Below are positions 12,898 through 28,315 of a stretch of 64,000 bases of DNA, one piece after another; within the stretch, counting starts at the first letter, position 1; every line of letters starts with the position of its first letter. Origin of the DNA: Utricularia gibba (Eukaryota; Plantae; Magnoliophyta). The translations under genes were made by a program, and so were the position numbers. The DNA lies in contig NEEC01000017.1 of NCBI GenBank assembly GCA_002189035.1, positions 1,488,001 through 1,552,000 on the forward strand, in the 5' to 3' direction. Under the pieces are notes generated by a model. The model worked only from the letters and a program-made list of their open reading frames with translations. It was not told the DNA's origin and made no database searches.

Positions 12898-15800
12898 CTA
12901 TAACTCATCATGCCCTTGGAGCACACCCTGCTGCATCATCTCCAATCTTTCTTGCAGTTCCTATCACATTGTTCATGGAAATGAGCTTTCTTAAAAAAGC
13001 GGCTTGTTCTTTGCAATTGTCAGAATAATGAGAAATAACAGAATCCATATGAGGTTTGACATAAAAGCATGATTTGAAAGGTAGCAGGAGCTACCTTTAG
13101 TTTACTCTCAAGACACAATGAAGGAGTGGATAATAATGCAACATACCTGAAATTTAAAGCCAATAGAAATGAAACCAATAAAAAAAATGCACAAGAATGT
13201 ACAACAAAATAACATATGGAATTGCATAAAATAGAAGCGGGGAGAAAAAGGAGACAGATTGCAATTACAAAAGGCTGTAATGGAGAATCATACTCGCAAC
13301 GGCTTGGTTCATCGACATCTGCAAGTTCATTCTTCAAGCCACATCTTAACTTCACCTGTGAAAAATCAGCCAACAATATACACGGAAAGAAATTCCCTTC
13401 AAATTCATACTTGGTAATGCATCTGATCGTTAAAATAGAATGCCTGCCCCATACATATACTAGGTAAAATCAGCCCACATAAGAATTTGTAAGTTCACAA
13501 AATGGTACACCTATGTGGAAAAAGGGAAAAAAACCATGAAATGAGTGAAGCAGATAAAATTAAAAGCATCCAGCTTCTGGTTGTTATACCAGAAGCTTAT
13601 CCCATACATATCACACAGAAAGACATGAGATATGTGCTCTTCTGAAATAAAGGGCACGGTTACCTTCAAGCTTCTAGCAGGGCCATTCCAGCATTTATCT
13701 CCATGTTCATACTTCATGGTCCTATATGAGTCTTCAAAATTTTCCCAGCTCCTACACGTTTTGTAAACAAGAGCTCAAACTGAATCAAGACTCGGTATAA
13801 GTATAGTAACACGAATCTCAAAAACGCTTGAGGGGTTTTCAAGATTCATACCCCAAACGTGTTGTACTGTGACCTTCCACTTGAGAGGCTTGCTTGAAAG
13901 GGCAAACCTTGTATACATACCTAAGGTATTCATTTTTACATTCCAGTTCAAAGAGAACTTGTAAAAACTTCAAAAACCGGATAACTGGAAAAATAATAAA
14001 GGAATCCCAACTTATTCTGTTTGCTTTCAAAACATTGGTCGTAGAATGAATAAAATTCCTTCGCTGGGCCTGGAGCAAGAAAATGCAGATCTCTAAATGA
14101 ATAAACTCACATTAATCTAAACAATGAATAAAGAACCCACATTTTCCAGATCATAAATTTTTACCAAAGTCTTGCTTTAATTTCTCACTGAGACTTGATA
14201 TCTTTGACTGTAATCTTGATAACTTGGAACTAGCATCTTCATATTCTTTTCGTACATTTGCAGCCTCTGCATAATGTCATAATGTAAGGGAAGGTTAATG
14301 CCAGTCATCTGATTTTAAAAATTAAGCTTTGAAAAATTATAAGATCTTCTACCAGATATATTAACAGGAGTTTTAAATAAATTAATGGCCGAAAGCACAT
14401 TCTTCATTTTTTCCTGAATCCTCTCCAGCCAAGACGAGCTAGTCTTGCTAGTTATATCTGATCGATTGAGTCAAAAGAAAAAGAAAAGAAGTCAATCTTA
14501 AAGAATGATCAAGAAGAACAATCCATAAGAGAGTTTTCAAACCTGAAAAGTCTAATTCATCATCAGATATAGGCTCTACAGGAGAAGAGGCATATTGATC
14601 ATGCTCTCCAAAATTGTTAACCTGCTCCTCATGTTCATCATCAGACTCTGTGACATAACCGTTGTCTTCGTCATAATTGGGCTCCATTGGAGTCCCATCG
14701 GGAAAGTGATCATCTTCACTTAGGTAGGCATCAGACGGCTCCTTTTCCTGCTCAATATTCTCTCCTGTCCATCGTGAAGCCACACGACGTCCTAACTCTT
14801 CCCTTGACAATGAATTGGTATCATCGAAATTATCCACATCCTGTGAATTCATGCAGTGTTTTTTTTAATACAAAAAGATGATTTTCAACACTGAATTTAT
14901 GGATCTGCACAAACTATTTCGGACAAAAGCAACTAAACTCTTGTGATTTTTACTAATAATTAGCTGAACGAATGATGACATTGTGATTTATTACTTGAAA
15001 ATTTAAAAGTCTGCCCTATAGAATAAGCAACACACCATAGAAGCTATACCTGACTTCCAGTATCATGATCAGCATCTTTTATTACTTGAAAATTTAAAAG
15101 TCTGCCCTATAGAATAAGCAACACACCATAGAAGCTATACCTGACTTCCAGTATCATGATCAGCATCTTCATTCATACTCACTGCTTCCACAATCTGCTC
15201 AGTGTTCTGCAGAGTAAAGTAATTTCGTCACTCCTCATAAATATCCTATGAATGCAAGACAATACCTGGGTGGAATCCTCATTGAAGGTATCTGTCTCAT
15301 CATGTAGAAGTTTTTCATCAATAGAATGCCCATTAAGCTCAATTCCACTGGTAGTTTCGTGATTTTCCATTGACCACGAACTGGTATCTTCAACTTTTTC
15401 CTTATCCTGTAAGTTGAGCACCAGTGAACACATGTTCATTAAATTAAAAAAAAAACGCACCTCATTCTATTAAGATCCCACATCTCTATAACGACAGCAA
15501 TACAGAAAACCCATATACCACAAATAAAATACCTGGAAGGAATCCTCATTAACCTCCGTTCCACTGGCAGATGCATGATGGTCTTCAGCAAAAGCCTTTT
15601 GAAAAATAATATAGAAAAAAAGTAGGTAATGGTTCCTAATTTCAAGACGAAAACATGCTGCAAATATTGAATAACCTGGGTAGTGGTTTCCATCTTTTCA
15701 GTTTGGTTTTTTTCCCTTTCTTCTTTTTCTTTCTGCAGCCGCTCTTTCTCTTCAGCTTTCTCAATCTGCTCCTTGCGCTCTTAAGAATAAAAGAGAACAA

Positions 15801-17082
15801 AAATTAGAGAAAAAAAATAGTAACGACAAAAACACCTGAAACCAGCGAGACATGGATTAGGATGATGATCATGAAATGAAATCCACTAAAAACGGAACTC
15901 CACATGCTGCAATTTTATGATCAATACGAATCCACAGCTTGCAAAGCGTTCAAGGTGCTGTGTAAGGCTGTCCATATGTTTACACAACCAGTTATGGCAT
16001 AGAACACAAAACGAGCACGCACACAGAATATAGTGTTTCCAATTAAATATCAAGTGGCTAGATGCATGAATTCTCAAATCTGACTTAAAGACATGGTTTC
16101 AATGCTCCAATAACTCCATTTTATAAAGGACGGAGGCTACACCTTTCAGTGTTTCAACTAGCGCCTTCAGTGCTCTCTCATCATTCCTTAAGCTGGACAA
16201 CTGTGCTTCCTCCTTCTCTAAAGCCACTTTGGCCTGTTCAATTTCATGGTTTCGCAGTTTGACACCTTCACGGTAAGTTGCAATCTTTTTCTTCAATTTT
16301 TCCCTTTCAACATTTCCAGCCTCCCAGCAGGTATTCGCACATTTCGTTTTGCCGTCATACTCATCACTACCATCGCAGCAATCTGTCCCATTTAGCATAT
16401 CCCATAACAGATGGTTAGACAGTTGCAACGACAAGCCGTGATTTAGAACCCATGGATCCGTTGCATAAAATTGAAATTCAGAAGCTGAAAAAAGCCATTG
16501 ATCTCGCCAATGAAGTGAAAAGGAGAGTTTACCGCATATGCCATCATTCACCCTAGAAGAGTATATGAAGAGAGGAGCATGTCCTGGATTTTTGCAGTAG
16601 AATTTGCCATTAGGGCAAGCTGATGTTCCTGAAAAACGAATTCCAGCATACAAACAACAATAAGTTTACTTGACACAAAACACTGCAACATAAACGTTAC
16701 CCGCAGGAGATATATGGCAATTTCTAGACATGGTGATAAAAGGTGGATTTATATGAAGTACCAGGCTCATCAGAACCATCTGGGCAGTCACAGAAGTCAT
16801 CATTAAGCTGTAAAATGCTGAACTTCTCTGATCCATCTTTACACTTGATTGCATTATTTGTCAACAATGCCTTGTAAAAATTCTCATCTGCGCTCAACCC
16901 AATTCTCAGCCTGTCATATACCTCCAAAAAGCATCATGCCCATGAAAGTACACCTAAAAACCGAGCAAATTACCTTCGGGGGAAACACCGATAAAAGGAT
17001 TTTTCTGGGCATAAGATGATGTAGAAAGGACAATGCAACCCAAAAGCAGCAAAAAACTGCTCCATCCGCTACCCCTGTTCAT
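12898..17082 (-). CDS. PSL4: Glucosidase II beta subunit (PRKCSH/PSL4-like), 16 exons
   Basis: Signal peptide [20 protein letters not shown]. Cys-rich N-terminus [41 protein letters not shown]. Acidic middle. MRH domain ([30 protein letters not shown]). C-terminal HDEL then TAG at 12898-12900. Confidence 0.95.
14987..15169. repeat. Perfect 2-copy tandem duplication, 91-bp period, spanning an exon 3' end and 5' splice site of the glucosidase II beta gene
   Basis: tttattacttgaaaatttaaaagtctgccc...gtatcatgatcagcatct occurs identically at 14987 and 15078. Confidence 0.95.
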
Positions 17083-17660
17083 CTGCCTCCAATGAAAATG
17101 AATGCAGCACTACAAGGGAATCAACAGATCGAATCACTACCAAGGAAACTCGATCAGGAGAAGCCCGCGCTCTAGACGAAGCGACGACTGAAGCCGAGAA
17201 AAAAAAATATTCCGATCGCACAATTTTTGCCAATTATTTCATTTTTTTTAAAAAAAACATTTTACATCTTAAATAATTCAAATCATAATTAAATTAATGT
17301 TTTTTAAAAACATTTTTAATATTTTTATAAAAAAAATTAAATTATGATTTATTCATAATTAAATTATTTTTTATATTTCAAAAATTCAAATTTAATTCAA
17401 TCATTAGCATAAATTATTTATAATCCAAAATAATTCAATAAAAATTTTCTAAACATTGCTATTATCACAGGTTTCACTCAGTGATGCATTCTTCCCTTCA
17501 TTCAGAGTAATACATTCTTCAATATATTGAAGCAACAAAATTGAGAGCAACCTGAAGGATCACAGAGCACAGGTATAAACACTTCGAGGTATAGTTTTTG
17601 AGGTGTCAAATGGTAACTTGGAGTGAAATCATGAAGTTGAGGATGGCAAAAGCAGCAGCT

Positions 17661-19200
17661 TCATTCATTCAGGATTCGGTCTGGTGATTCTATAGATTCT
17701 GATAAAGAAGGCCGAATGAGAACATAAAGGGCAGGACCAAGTAGTGGAATCAGTGATACCAGAGGGAGGGTCCATAAGATGAACTTGTAACCATCCTTCC
17801 TGTGCATGAAAAACACATCACAGTTCATGAGCCAGCATGAGTGATCCATTCATTCTTTTAGTGTTGCTTACCATTCTCGGGAAGTCATGTCGTTGTACAC
17901 CCAGAATGGTGCGAATGTCGACAGAAGAAGGAAATCGATGCTCATCACATGTATCTGAATGGAATAGTACAAGGAAAATGTGAGAAGCATCAGGCAAATA
18001 TTAGTATTGATGGAACAAGGATAAGGGGGTTGAATAGGTTGCGTACAAATTTGCTTCCTCTGAAGTATTGGATGTACTCCATCCATGCTTCAGGACCAGA
18101 AGAAAGACCATATATCAAGGCAGCTATCCCTGCACCTAGAGTCACCTGGTGCATTGCAGTTATATGATCAACAAGTTAGTCAAAACCATAAAGGTCCATC
18201 TGTTTACTTGTGTTCCAGTAACTACACAAGACAATCAGGGGACAAATGGCTATTTCATCAGCTGCATGGGGTATGGTAACAAGCAGTGTATTGCCAATGG
18301 ATGCAAGACAAGTCTATGTCGACTCACCGCAGCAGTTACTTTTGATTCCAAGAAATTCAGGGGCCATTTCCTAAGCTCTTGCTCTTGGATAGGGGGAGCC
18401 GGTGGCTTCCATAGAACAAAATATGGAAAAAGAGCATATGCTCCTCCCGCAAATGATAGAACTAGAAAGGGCCACATGGGAATTTTGCTCTCTGTGCTGA
18501 ACAACAACCACCATTCCACAGTGTAATTAGATCATACTCGCAGCCAAAGATTGCAGAAACCGAATGACTGAGCTGTGTTAGGTGTACCTTCGGGCAGTGG
18601 GGAAGAGCAACATGCTGTACACCAACGGCCATACTCCCATAATGTACCACAATGCTACCACAACTTGATTCACACTGAATCCGTCGTCTCCCGTCAAGTT
18701 CAGAAGCTTTTTAACAAAATAAGTGTCTGTGACCTAAGAAATTCGTTCAGGGATCATCGACATAGAAAAGATTGTCCAAAAACAGAGCCCATTCATATAT
18801 TCGTCCCTACCGGTTGCTGGTTTGGAGCAAGGAAGGAAACATAGTACATGAGACCAGCCCAGAAGATAAACAATAAAAACGACGTCGTCCAATCCCTCTC
18901 TCCTGGACCTTGCCCATCACCACCACCACCGCCCGCCTCCTCCAGTAACTCACCCTCACTTTCCTTCGAAGAAGGAGCAAGAACCGGATCCTGCGGAGTT
19001 TTACTGTCTAATGAACTCTTGCATAGCAGCAGGTGACTCTTTCTCTGCTTGACCAGAAATTCGGAGAAAATCGGGAGGACATTAGAATTACAATGGAAAA
19101 AGACTGAGGAATCGGCAGCTGGTTTCAGAAGCTTGCAGTAACGGCGTTTCAATGGCGAGGGAGAGAAGTTGCAGGAGACAATACAGCAGCTCGCTATCAT
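17661..19200 (-). CDS. Uncharacterised plastid-targeted multi-pass membrane protein (At2g04360-like as recalled), 6 exons
   Basis: Transit-peptide-like N-terminus. Then RDWTTSFLLFIFWAGLMYY, LLNLTGDDGF, LWYIMGVWPLVYSMLL, WPFLVLSFAGGAYALFPYFVLWKPP, WPLNFLESK, DFLLLSTFAPFWVYNDM, PLLGPALYVLIRP. All introns GT-AG. Confidence 0.85.
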
Positions 19201-19273
19201 GTTTCTTGCTCGTCTTCAGCACCCACACACCTTTTCCGTAGTCCATGAGATGTATTGGGGCTAATCTACACAT

Positions 19274-19356
19274 TGGGCCCGGGCCCTTGGCCCAATACAA
19301 TAAAAATCATCGTATTTGATTTTAAGGGGAGTGGGCCCACCAGGGGTCTAGGGTTT
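19274..19356. promoter_or_regulatory. Cluster of site II (TGGGCY/GGCCCA) elements plus a telo-box in a divergent promoter
   Basis: TGGGCC at 19274, GGGCCC at 19281, GGCCCA at 19289, TGGGCC at 19332 and TAGGGTTT (telo-box) at 19349-19356. Lies between the plastid membrane protein gene and CPN60B. Confidence 0.6.
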
Positions 19357-20005
19357 TCCGAATGGAACGATCCAACGGCTAAGATTAAGCGGAACCTTCT
19401 GGAACCACAGCCAAGGGGGTTTTGGGGACACTCTAATCCATTACAAGGTTTATATAGCTTACTAAGGTCTGCAAGCAAAGTTGGCAGTGCTTCTCTCCAA
19501 AGCCTTATCCTTTCGCTAGTCCAGTTCTTCGTTGATTGTCTCTGGTTAGTATGCGTCTGGGTTTTTTGTTGTTTATGATTGGAATTTTTGGTGGAAACTT
19601 CCATATTGGTCCCATTACTTGAGATGCTGTTTTCGTGCTGCTGGAATGGGTGGTTTAATGAATTTCTCCGAATTGTTGGGTACTGGCTGTATGGTTGGTT
19701 TGTGAGGGTTTTAGAGATATCGCGTTTCTTTGTCCGCGTTTGATTACCGTCTACTGGGTTTATTCAGAACGTGTGAATGCAGCTATAATGTGGAGCTGAT
19801 GTTTGATTTCTTTGTTTTCCGCGAAGAATAATTAACTCTAATAAAAAAATATGTAGTTGTCATCATTACTTAAAAGTTTGCATTTCTTAATGGATTAAAA
19901 GTTTGCATTTGTTTGCCCTGTGTGTGCCTAAAAATGTTATTTTTTCCTCTTCTGTGATGGTGAGTTTCACTGTTTTCTTTTTCAGTTTGAATAGCGACGT
20001 CAACA

Positions 20006-22982
<2,977 letters not shown>

Positions 22983-23431
22983 GGGAGGGCAGCCAGGAGC
23001 CCAGGAAGGAGGATTTGATTGATGGCTCTGCTTACCTTTCAATAATGTAGTTGGAATTGAAATTTTGTACTGCTGTCAACAGCGAGGAAATTTATATGTA
23101 GCTAATTTTTTTTATTTCTCTTTTATTAATTATTAGGAATGTAACAAATTTATAAAAAATATATATATATGTTGACGGCCAATTGGATATTTTTTTATTT
23201 TTTTTGTTGTTTGTTGTAAAATAGTGGAAATGATGAAAGCACTATGATAATGTGTTAAAAATGAACAAGTCTAAGATGTGGGGCGGAAAAGGAATATTGG
23301 AAACTTGTGGTACGAAAATGCAATTTTGCATTTCTCGACATCTATTTCAGTATTTCTTGGGACTAGTAGAACCCTTGTTTTGGTCTGCTCTCCATTTCCT
23401 CTTGCCGTGGGAAACAACAGGATCAGGGGAG

Positions 23432-25670
23432 ATGGCGGAGGACAAGGCCAAATCCGGAGGATTGTGGTTCGCTGTGAAGCCGTTCGTCAATGGAGGTGCC
23501 TCTGGGATGCTTGCTACGTGTGTCGTTCAGCCCATCGATATGGTCAAGGTATTGGTTTTCTAAATATTAGAGGGGTATTGGTGGTAGGTAAGGCGAGCTT
23601 TTGATGATTAGGTTGACGGTCTCTTGTTTGTGAGATTTGGGGTTCTTGATGCTACGTACGTTTGATCGAATGATTATCCGTGTTGTACTTTTAAACTGAA
23701 AAAGGAAATTTGAGGATCGTACTCTTTGATGTACTTGTCGTGGTGGTGGATAGGCTTTCTTTGTCGCTAATTAGTTTCGCTGGGTCTTATTGTTGTGAAT
23801 ATGAGTTCCTGCATGATTTCAGACCTTGGATCTAGTTGTTCTATCTGTACATCTGAAAAATGCGAGTTGAGCTTTGAGGGCGATACGTTTTAGTGTTCCT
23901 CGTAGTGCCAACGACGGGGGTTTCTTGATCTGTAGCTTCCGCATTTCTTGTTAGGTATTGTATGGATTTTGATCTTGGATCACTTGTGTTCTATTTGTGC
24001 ATTCACTGGATGATGGGTGAGGATTATAGCATTTTATGCTGCTTTAGCTGTTGATTTTTCATGATGGTCTTGGATCTATATCAGCCCAATGGAATCAGGG
24101 TCCGCTGATTTTGGGTTTTATGACATGATTTTTCTGTTTCGTTTTCTGATGCGATATTAGATTATTTCTAATGCTAATGATGTGATGCTTGGTTTTAAAT
24201 CAAGGTGAGAATACAACTTGGTCAAGGCTCAGCTGCTGAGGTGACTAAGACCATGCTTAAAAATGAGGGTGTTGCCGCATTTTACAAGGTTAGTGTTATT
24301 GAGCTGGTTAAGTCATTCCGTTATGCTGTTGCTACGCTAATGTATTTATGAAAATGCATCAACAAGTTATTTTTGTGGTTTACTAGCCTTTGTGGTTTAT
24401 TAATAAACTGTTGACTTCAGATAATTGAGTTGATTTTATTTAGATTGCATTAAGAGTTCTTTGACTTGTGGATAGGTCATCAGTGAATAAGCATCACTTG
24501 TTTCCATATTCCTGTTCATACATGGAAAGCTTTGATTCTACTGTTCGTCATGTTTACCAGCGCACTCCTCTTCTTTAGGCTAATTTTAATCATTCTGTTT
24601 GGTAGGGCTTGAGTGCTGGTCTGCTCAGACAAGCTACATATACCACTGCCCGTCTTGGGTCATTTAGGTGAGTGCTCATCAATTGGATCACTTGCGTTTT
24701 AATGTTTGGTCACATTATGTTCGACTTCGTCCGCTCAAATGAACCGCATGCATACTATATACTTGTCCTTCATTCAATAGCTGGGAATTGACTTGAAGTT
24801 GTTATTATGATTAGAATTTTAACAAATAAAGCAATAGAGGCAAATGAAGGGAAACCGTTGCCGCTGTATCAGAAAGCATTATGTGGATTGACTGCTGGAG
24901 CAATTGGAGCATCCGTTGGCAGTCCTGCAGATTTGGCACTCATACGAATGCAAGCTGATGCCACTTTACCAGTTGCCCAACGACGCAACTACACCAATGC
25001 ATTCCATGCGCTGTATCGCATTACTGCTGACGAAGGGGTTCTGGCGCTTTGGAAAGGTGCTGGCCCTACTGTTGTAAGAGCTATGGCTCTTAACATGGGT
25101 ATGCTGGCATCATACGATCAGAGTGTTGAATTCTTCAAAGATTCACTTGGCTTAGGTGAAGCTGCAACTGTTGTAGGTGGGGCTGTTGTGCACTTCCTTT
25201 TTAAACTCCCACAATTATCATATCTCAAATGTGAGACTTAACTCTAATCCTTTTTATCAGGAGCCAGTGCTGTTTCGGGTTTCTTCGCCTCAGCCTGCAG
25301 CTTGCCTTTTGACTACGTCAAAACGCAAATACAGAAAATGCAGCCCGATGCCGATGGAAAGTATCCATACTCTGGTTCACTCGATTGTACTGTCAAAACC
25401 CTGAAGTCAGGAGGGCCTCTCAAATTCTACACAGGATTCCCAGTCTACTGCGTCCGAATTGCTCCTCATGTCATGGTAACCCAACCACACTCAATCTCTA
25501 TATCATGTGTTACACTACTGAATATGTAAAAGCACAAGAGAATGGATTCCAGACGCCATGTTTTATCACCCCAGATCACATATCCTTGATCTGACCTCTG
25601 CTTGCCCTTGCAGTTAACCTGGATATTCCTCAACCAAATCAACAAACTGGAGAAGAGCGCAGGGTTGTAA
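23432..25670 (+). CDS. DTC: Mitochondrial dicarboxylate/tricarboxylate carrier, 6 exons
   Basis: MAEDKAKSGGLWFAVKPFVNGGASGMLATCVVQPIDMVKVRIQL, GLSAGLLRQATYTTARLG, PADLALIRMQAD, PFDYVKTQIQKM, FYTGFPVYCVRIAPHVM. Ends LEKSAGL* at 25670. Confidence 0.96.
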
Positions 25671-26115
25671 TCCCCTCCGAGCTCTTGCTCAAGACAATGT
25701 TTTTGGCCGCATCACATTTATTGTTTTATGATTCCTGGAGGTCGTAGAAGCCCTCCAAGCAGAGTTAGGAGTACATGACAATGGGCGAGAGAGATATTCA
25801 CTGGTAACCCCCAGAAGTCTCTTCCTCGCCTTGGCCTCCAGTTCTCATTTCTGCTGACATTTGGGACAACTGCAAAATAATCCCCTGTATCCCTCAAGAC
25901 ATGCTCATTGTCTTCTTTCCAAACCCAGCTTTTCAATAATTGGCAAGTGCGAGCTTCCAGAGCAGCAGTAGCGAACTAAAATATTAAAATATTGATATAA
26001 AAGTGTTATCATTGAGAAAAGCATGTATTTGTTTTTAGTTTCGGATTGAATATGTGATTTAAAATATTGATATATTGTAAAACTAAAATAAGCTGTTCCG
26101 ATCACACACGCACAC

Positions 26116-26142
26116 GTGTGTGTGTGTGTGTGTGTGTGTGTG
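26116..26142. repeat. (GT)13 microsatellite preceded by CACAC, partly self-complementary
   Basis: acacacgcacac followed by gtgtgt... at 26102-26142. Confidence 0.95.
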
Positions 26143-26611
26143 ATGTAACACTCATCTAACCGTCCGTAGGGTATCGAACGGCCCAGATTTTCCCCCTCGA
26201 GCATCAAAGAGAAAGGGAAGGGGCAAAGCTCTGCAGCACTGCGGCAGAATCCATTCATTCCACTTTTGTCCGTTGAACACAATCAAATCCTCCTTTGCTT
26301 GCTTGCTTCTCCTCTCCTTCAATCCTCCATTTTCTTTGTATAAAAAACACCAAGATCGAAATTTTCTTCTCTCTGTGTATCCATTTTTCTCTTATTGTTT
26401 TCCCATTTGTTTCTGGTTTCCCCCTTTTTCCGACTCCTTATCTCCTGTGGGAGCTCAGAAGGTGCGTTCTTTTGCCTCAGATCTCGACTTGTATTCTTCG
26501 TTTGCTGATGCACATCCCGTTTAATTCAATGTTCCGAGTTTTTCTTCCTGTTTTCGGAAGATCGCTGATGGGGTGCTTGAATTCTTTTCTTTTCCTTGCA
26601 GGTATTTTCAC

Positions 26612-27718
26612 ATGGATAAGTTGCAGTGGGGAAATAGAAAAAGGCTGAGATGTATGAAAGTGAAGGACTCCTCTTTGAATGGAAAATTGGATGGAGTTGG
26701 AGGTGTCGTGAAGAAGAAGATGACTTCGAGAGTAGTTGATAATTACAACAGTCACCCAAATTTGTGCAGCACTAGTAAAGATGGGCATGGTCTTCTCCCA
26801 GTTCCGTCTCCTCTTCGTCCTAACAGGTGACAAAAACCTAGAAAAAAAATATATGTGCATATTATGGTTGTTTCCCTCTTTGATTTCTGTTGTTCCTTGG
26901 TAGATTCACTGATTCCGAAACATTATTTTGACTGCACCCCCTGCAATTAACCCAGCACAAGTTAAACTAGCCAGTTCTCCAAATGTTCATTTTAGTAATT
27001 TTTCTTGCATCAAGGTTGCTCCTTTGGTGGTATACTTTGAAACATTCTTTCCATGGTGCTCTTGTAGATAAATCTGATAGCAAATGGACGTTGAGATTGT
27101 GTGTGCTCTCTTGCAAATCATGTCTTGAAATTGCACAGGTCAAATGCTAATGACAACCAAAAAGGGTTAGCATCCCTGTCCTTGGAGAAGGAAGACCGGT
27201 ACTATACAACAAGAAACTCCTGTGGATATGACGATGGCACCAAGACAGCGTTGTTCGCGAATCCCCCAGAGGAGAAGAAGAAAGTCGTATGGCCTAAATT
27301 GCTAACCACTCTGTCAAGTAAAGAGAAAGAGGAAGACTTCATGGCAATGAAAGGCTGCAAGCCACCCCAGCGGCCTAAAAAGAGAGCAAAGCTAATACAA
27401 AGAACCATTCTGGTGAGTTTCCCAAACTCCCATCCTGCCGACAGGAAACCCCTTGTTACCTCCTCTAAACTTATTCCTGTGTGTACATAGTTGGTCAGCC
27501 CTGGTGCATGGTTAACTGAACTCTGCCAAGAGAGGTACGAAGTAAGGGAGAAGAAGACTTCAAAGAAGGTGGTGCCTGTGTTATTATTCCCTTTATCCAT
27601 CTTAGCTGCCTCATTCCATTCATTGTGCTGAGATGGATGACATTCCTCTTCCCATTCTGTTGTGCAGAGGCCAAGAGGATTGAAAGCCATGGGCGGCATG
27701 GAAAGCGACTCCGAGTGA
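26612..27718 (+). CDS. DUF1639 family protein, 4 coding exons
   Basis: LQWGNRKRLRC N-terminal motif, EKEDRYYTTR, and core WPKLLTTLSSKEKEEDFMAMKGCKPPQRPKKRAK..LVSPGAWLTELCQERYEVREKKTSKKRPRGLKAMGGMESDSE*. Confidence 0.9.
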
Positions 27719-27739
27719 CCGACATGGAAATACACACGG

Positions 27740-27769
27740 TGCTGCTGCTGCTGCTGCTGCTGCTGCTGC
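27740..27769 (+). repeat. (TGC)10 trinucleotide repeat in the 3'UTR of the DUF1639 gene
   Basis: tgctgctgc x10, starting 22 nt after the stop codon. Confidence 0.95.
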
Positions 27770-28315
27770 GGGTGCTGGTTCCCCATCACAACTAGCTGAT
27801 TGGATTTACAAATTTGATGTGTATGTAGTAATGTTAATTTTCACTTCAGTATGTGAGGAATGAAAAAAAAAAATGTGACAGCAAGTCATATTGCAAGGCA
27901 GAATCCCAAAGTTCCTAGTTCACTAATGATCGAAATTATGATTGCAATTAGACTAAGTGTTAAAAATACAGAGTGGGGTACCAGATATGTGTAGAATACA
28001 TAGGCCAAAACTGGACAAAACCTTCAGAAATCACAATTCAGTACCCCAAAACCATGCATTCTCTGGATCCACCGTCGACTTATACACATCATAGCCATGT
28101 AGAATATAAAAATACAAGCAAACTGCTGCATTCACATCTCGACCAAAAAAACCAAGTGGTTGAGGCATATCTCATATGCAAACGAATGGATCTGACTCTC
28201 TTTTTCTCTCTCACGCAAAGAATACCGGGAATGAATGCGCTGCTTGCAGCAGCAGCACAGTGTGACTGCACCGAAACGACCGACTCCCGACTCCATCGGC
28301 GGGGGGTCCACATCC

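Noticed and set aside
15475-15485. ATCCCACATCT resembling the snRNA USE element
   Set aside because: It mismatches the terminal G, has no correctly spaced TATA, and no snRNA-like sequence follows. It lies in an intron.
27202-27789. 195-aa antisense ORF starting with polyQ
   Set aside because: It is a shadow of DUF1639 exons and introns. The polyQ is just the CTG microsatellite read in reverse, and there is no recognisable domain.
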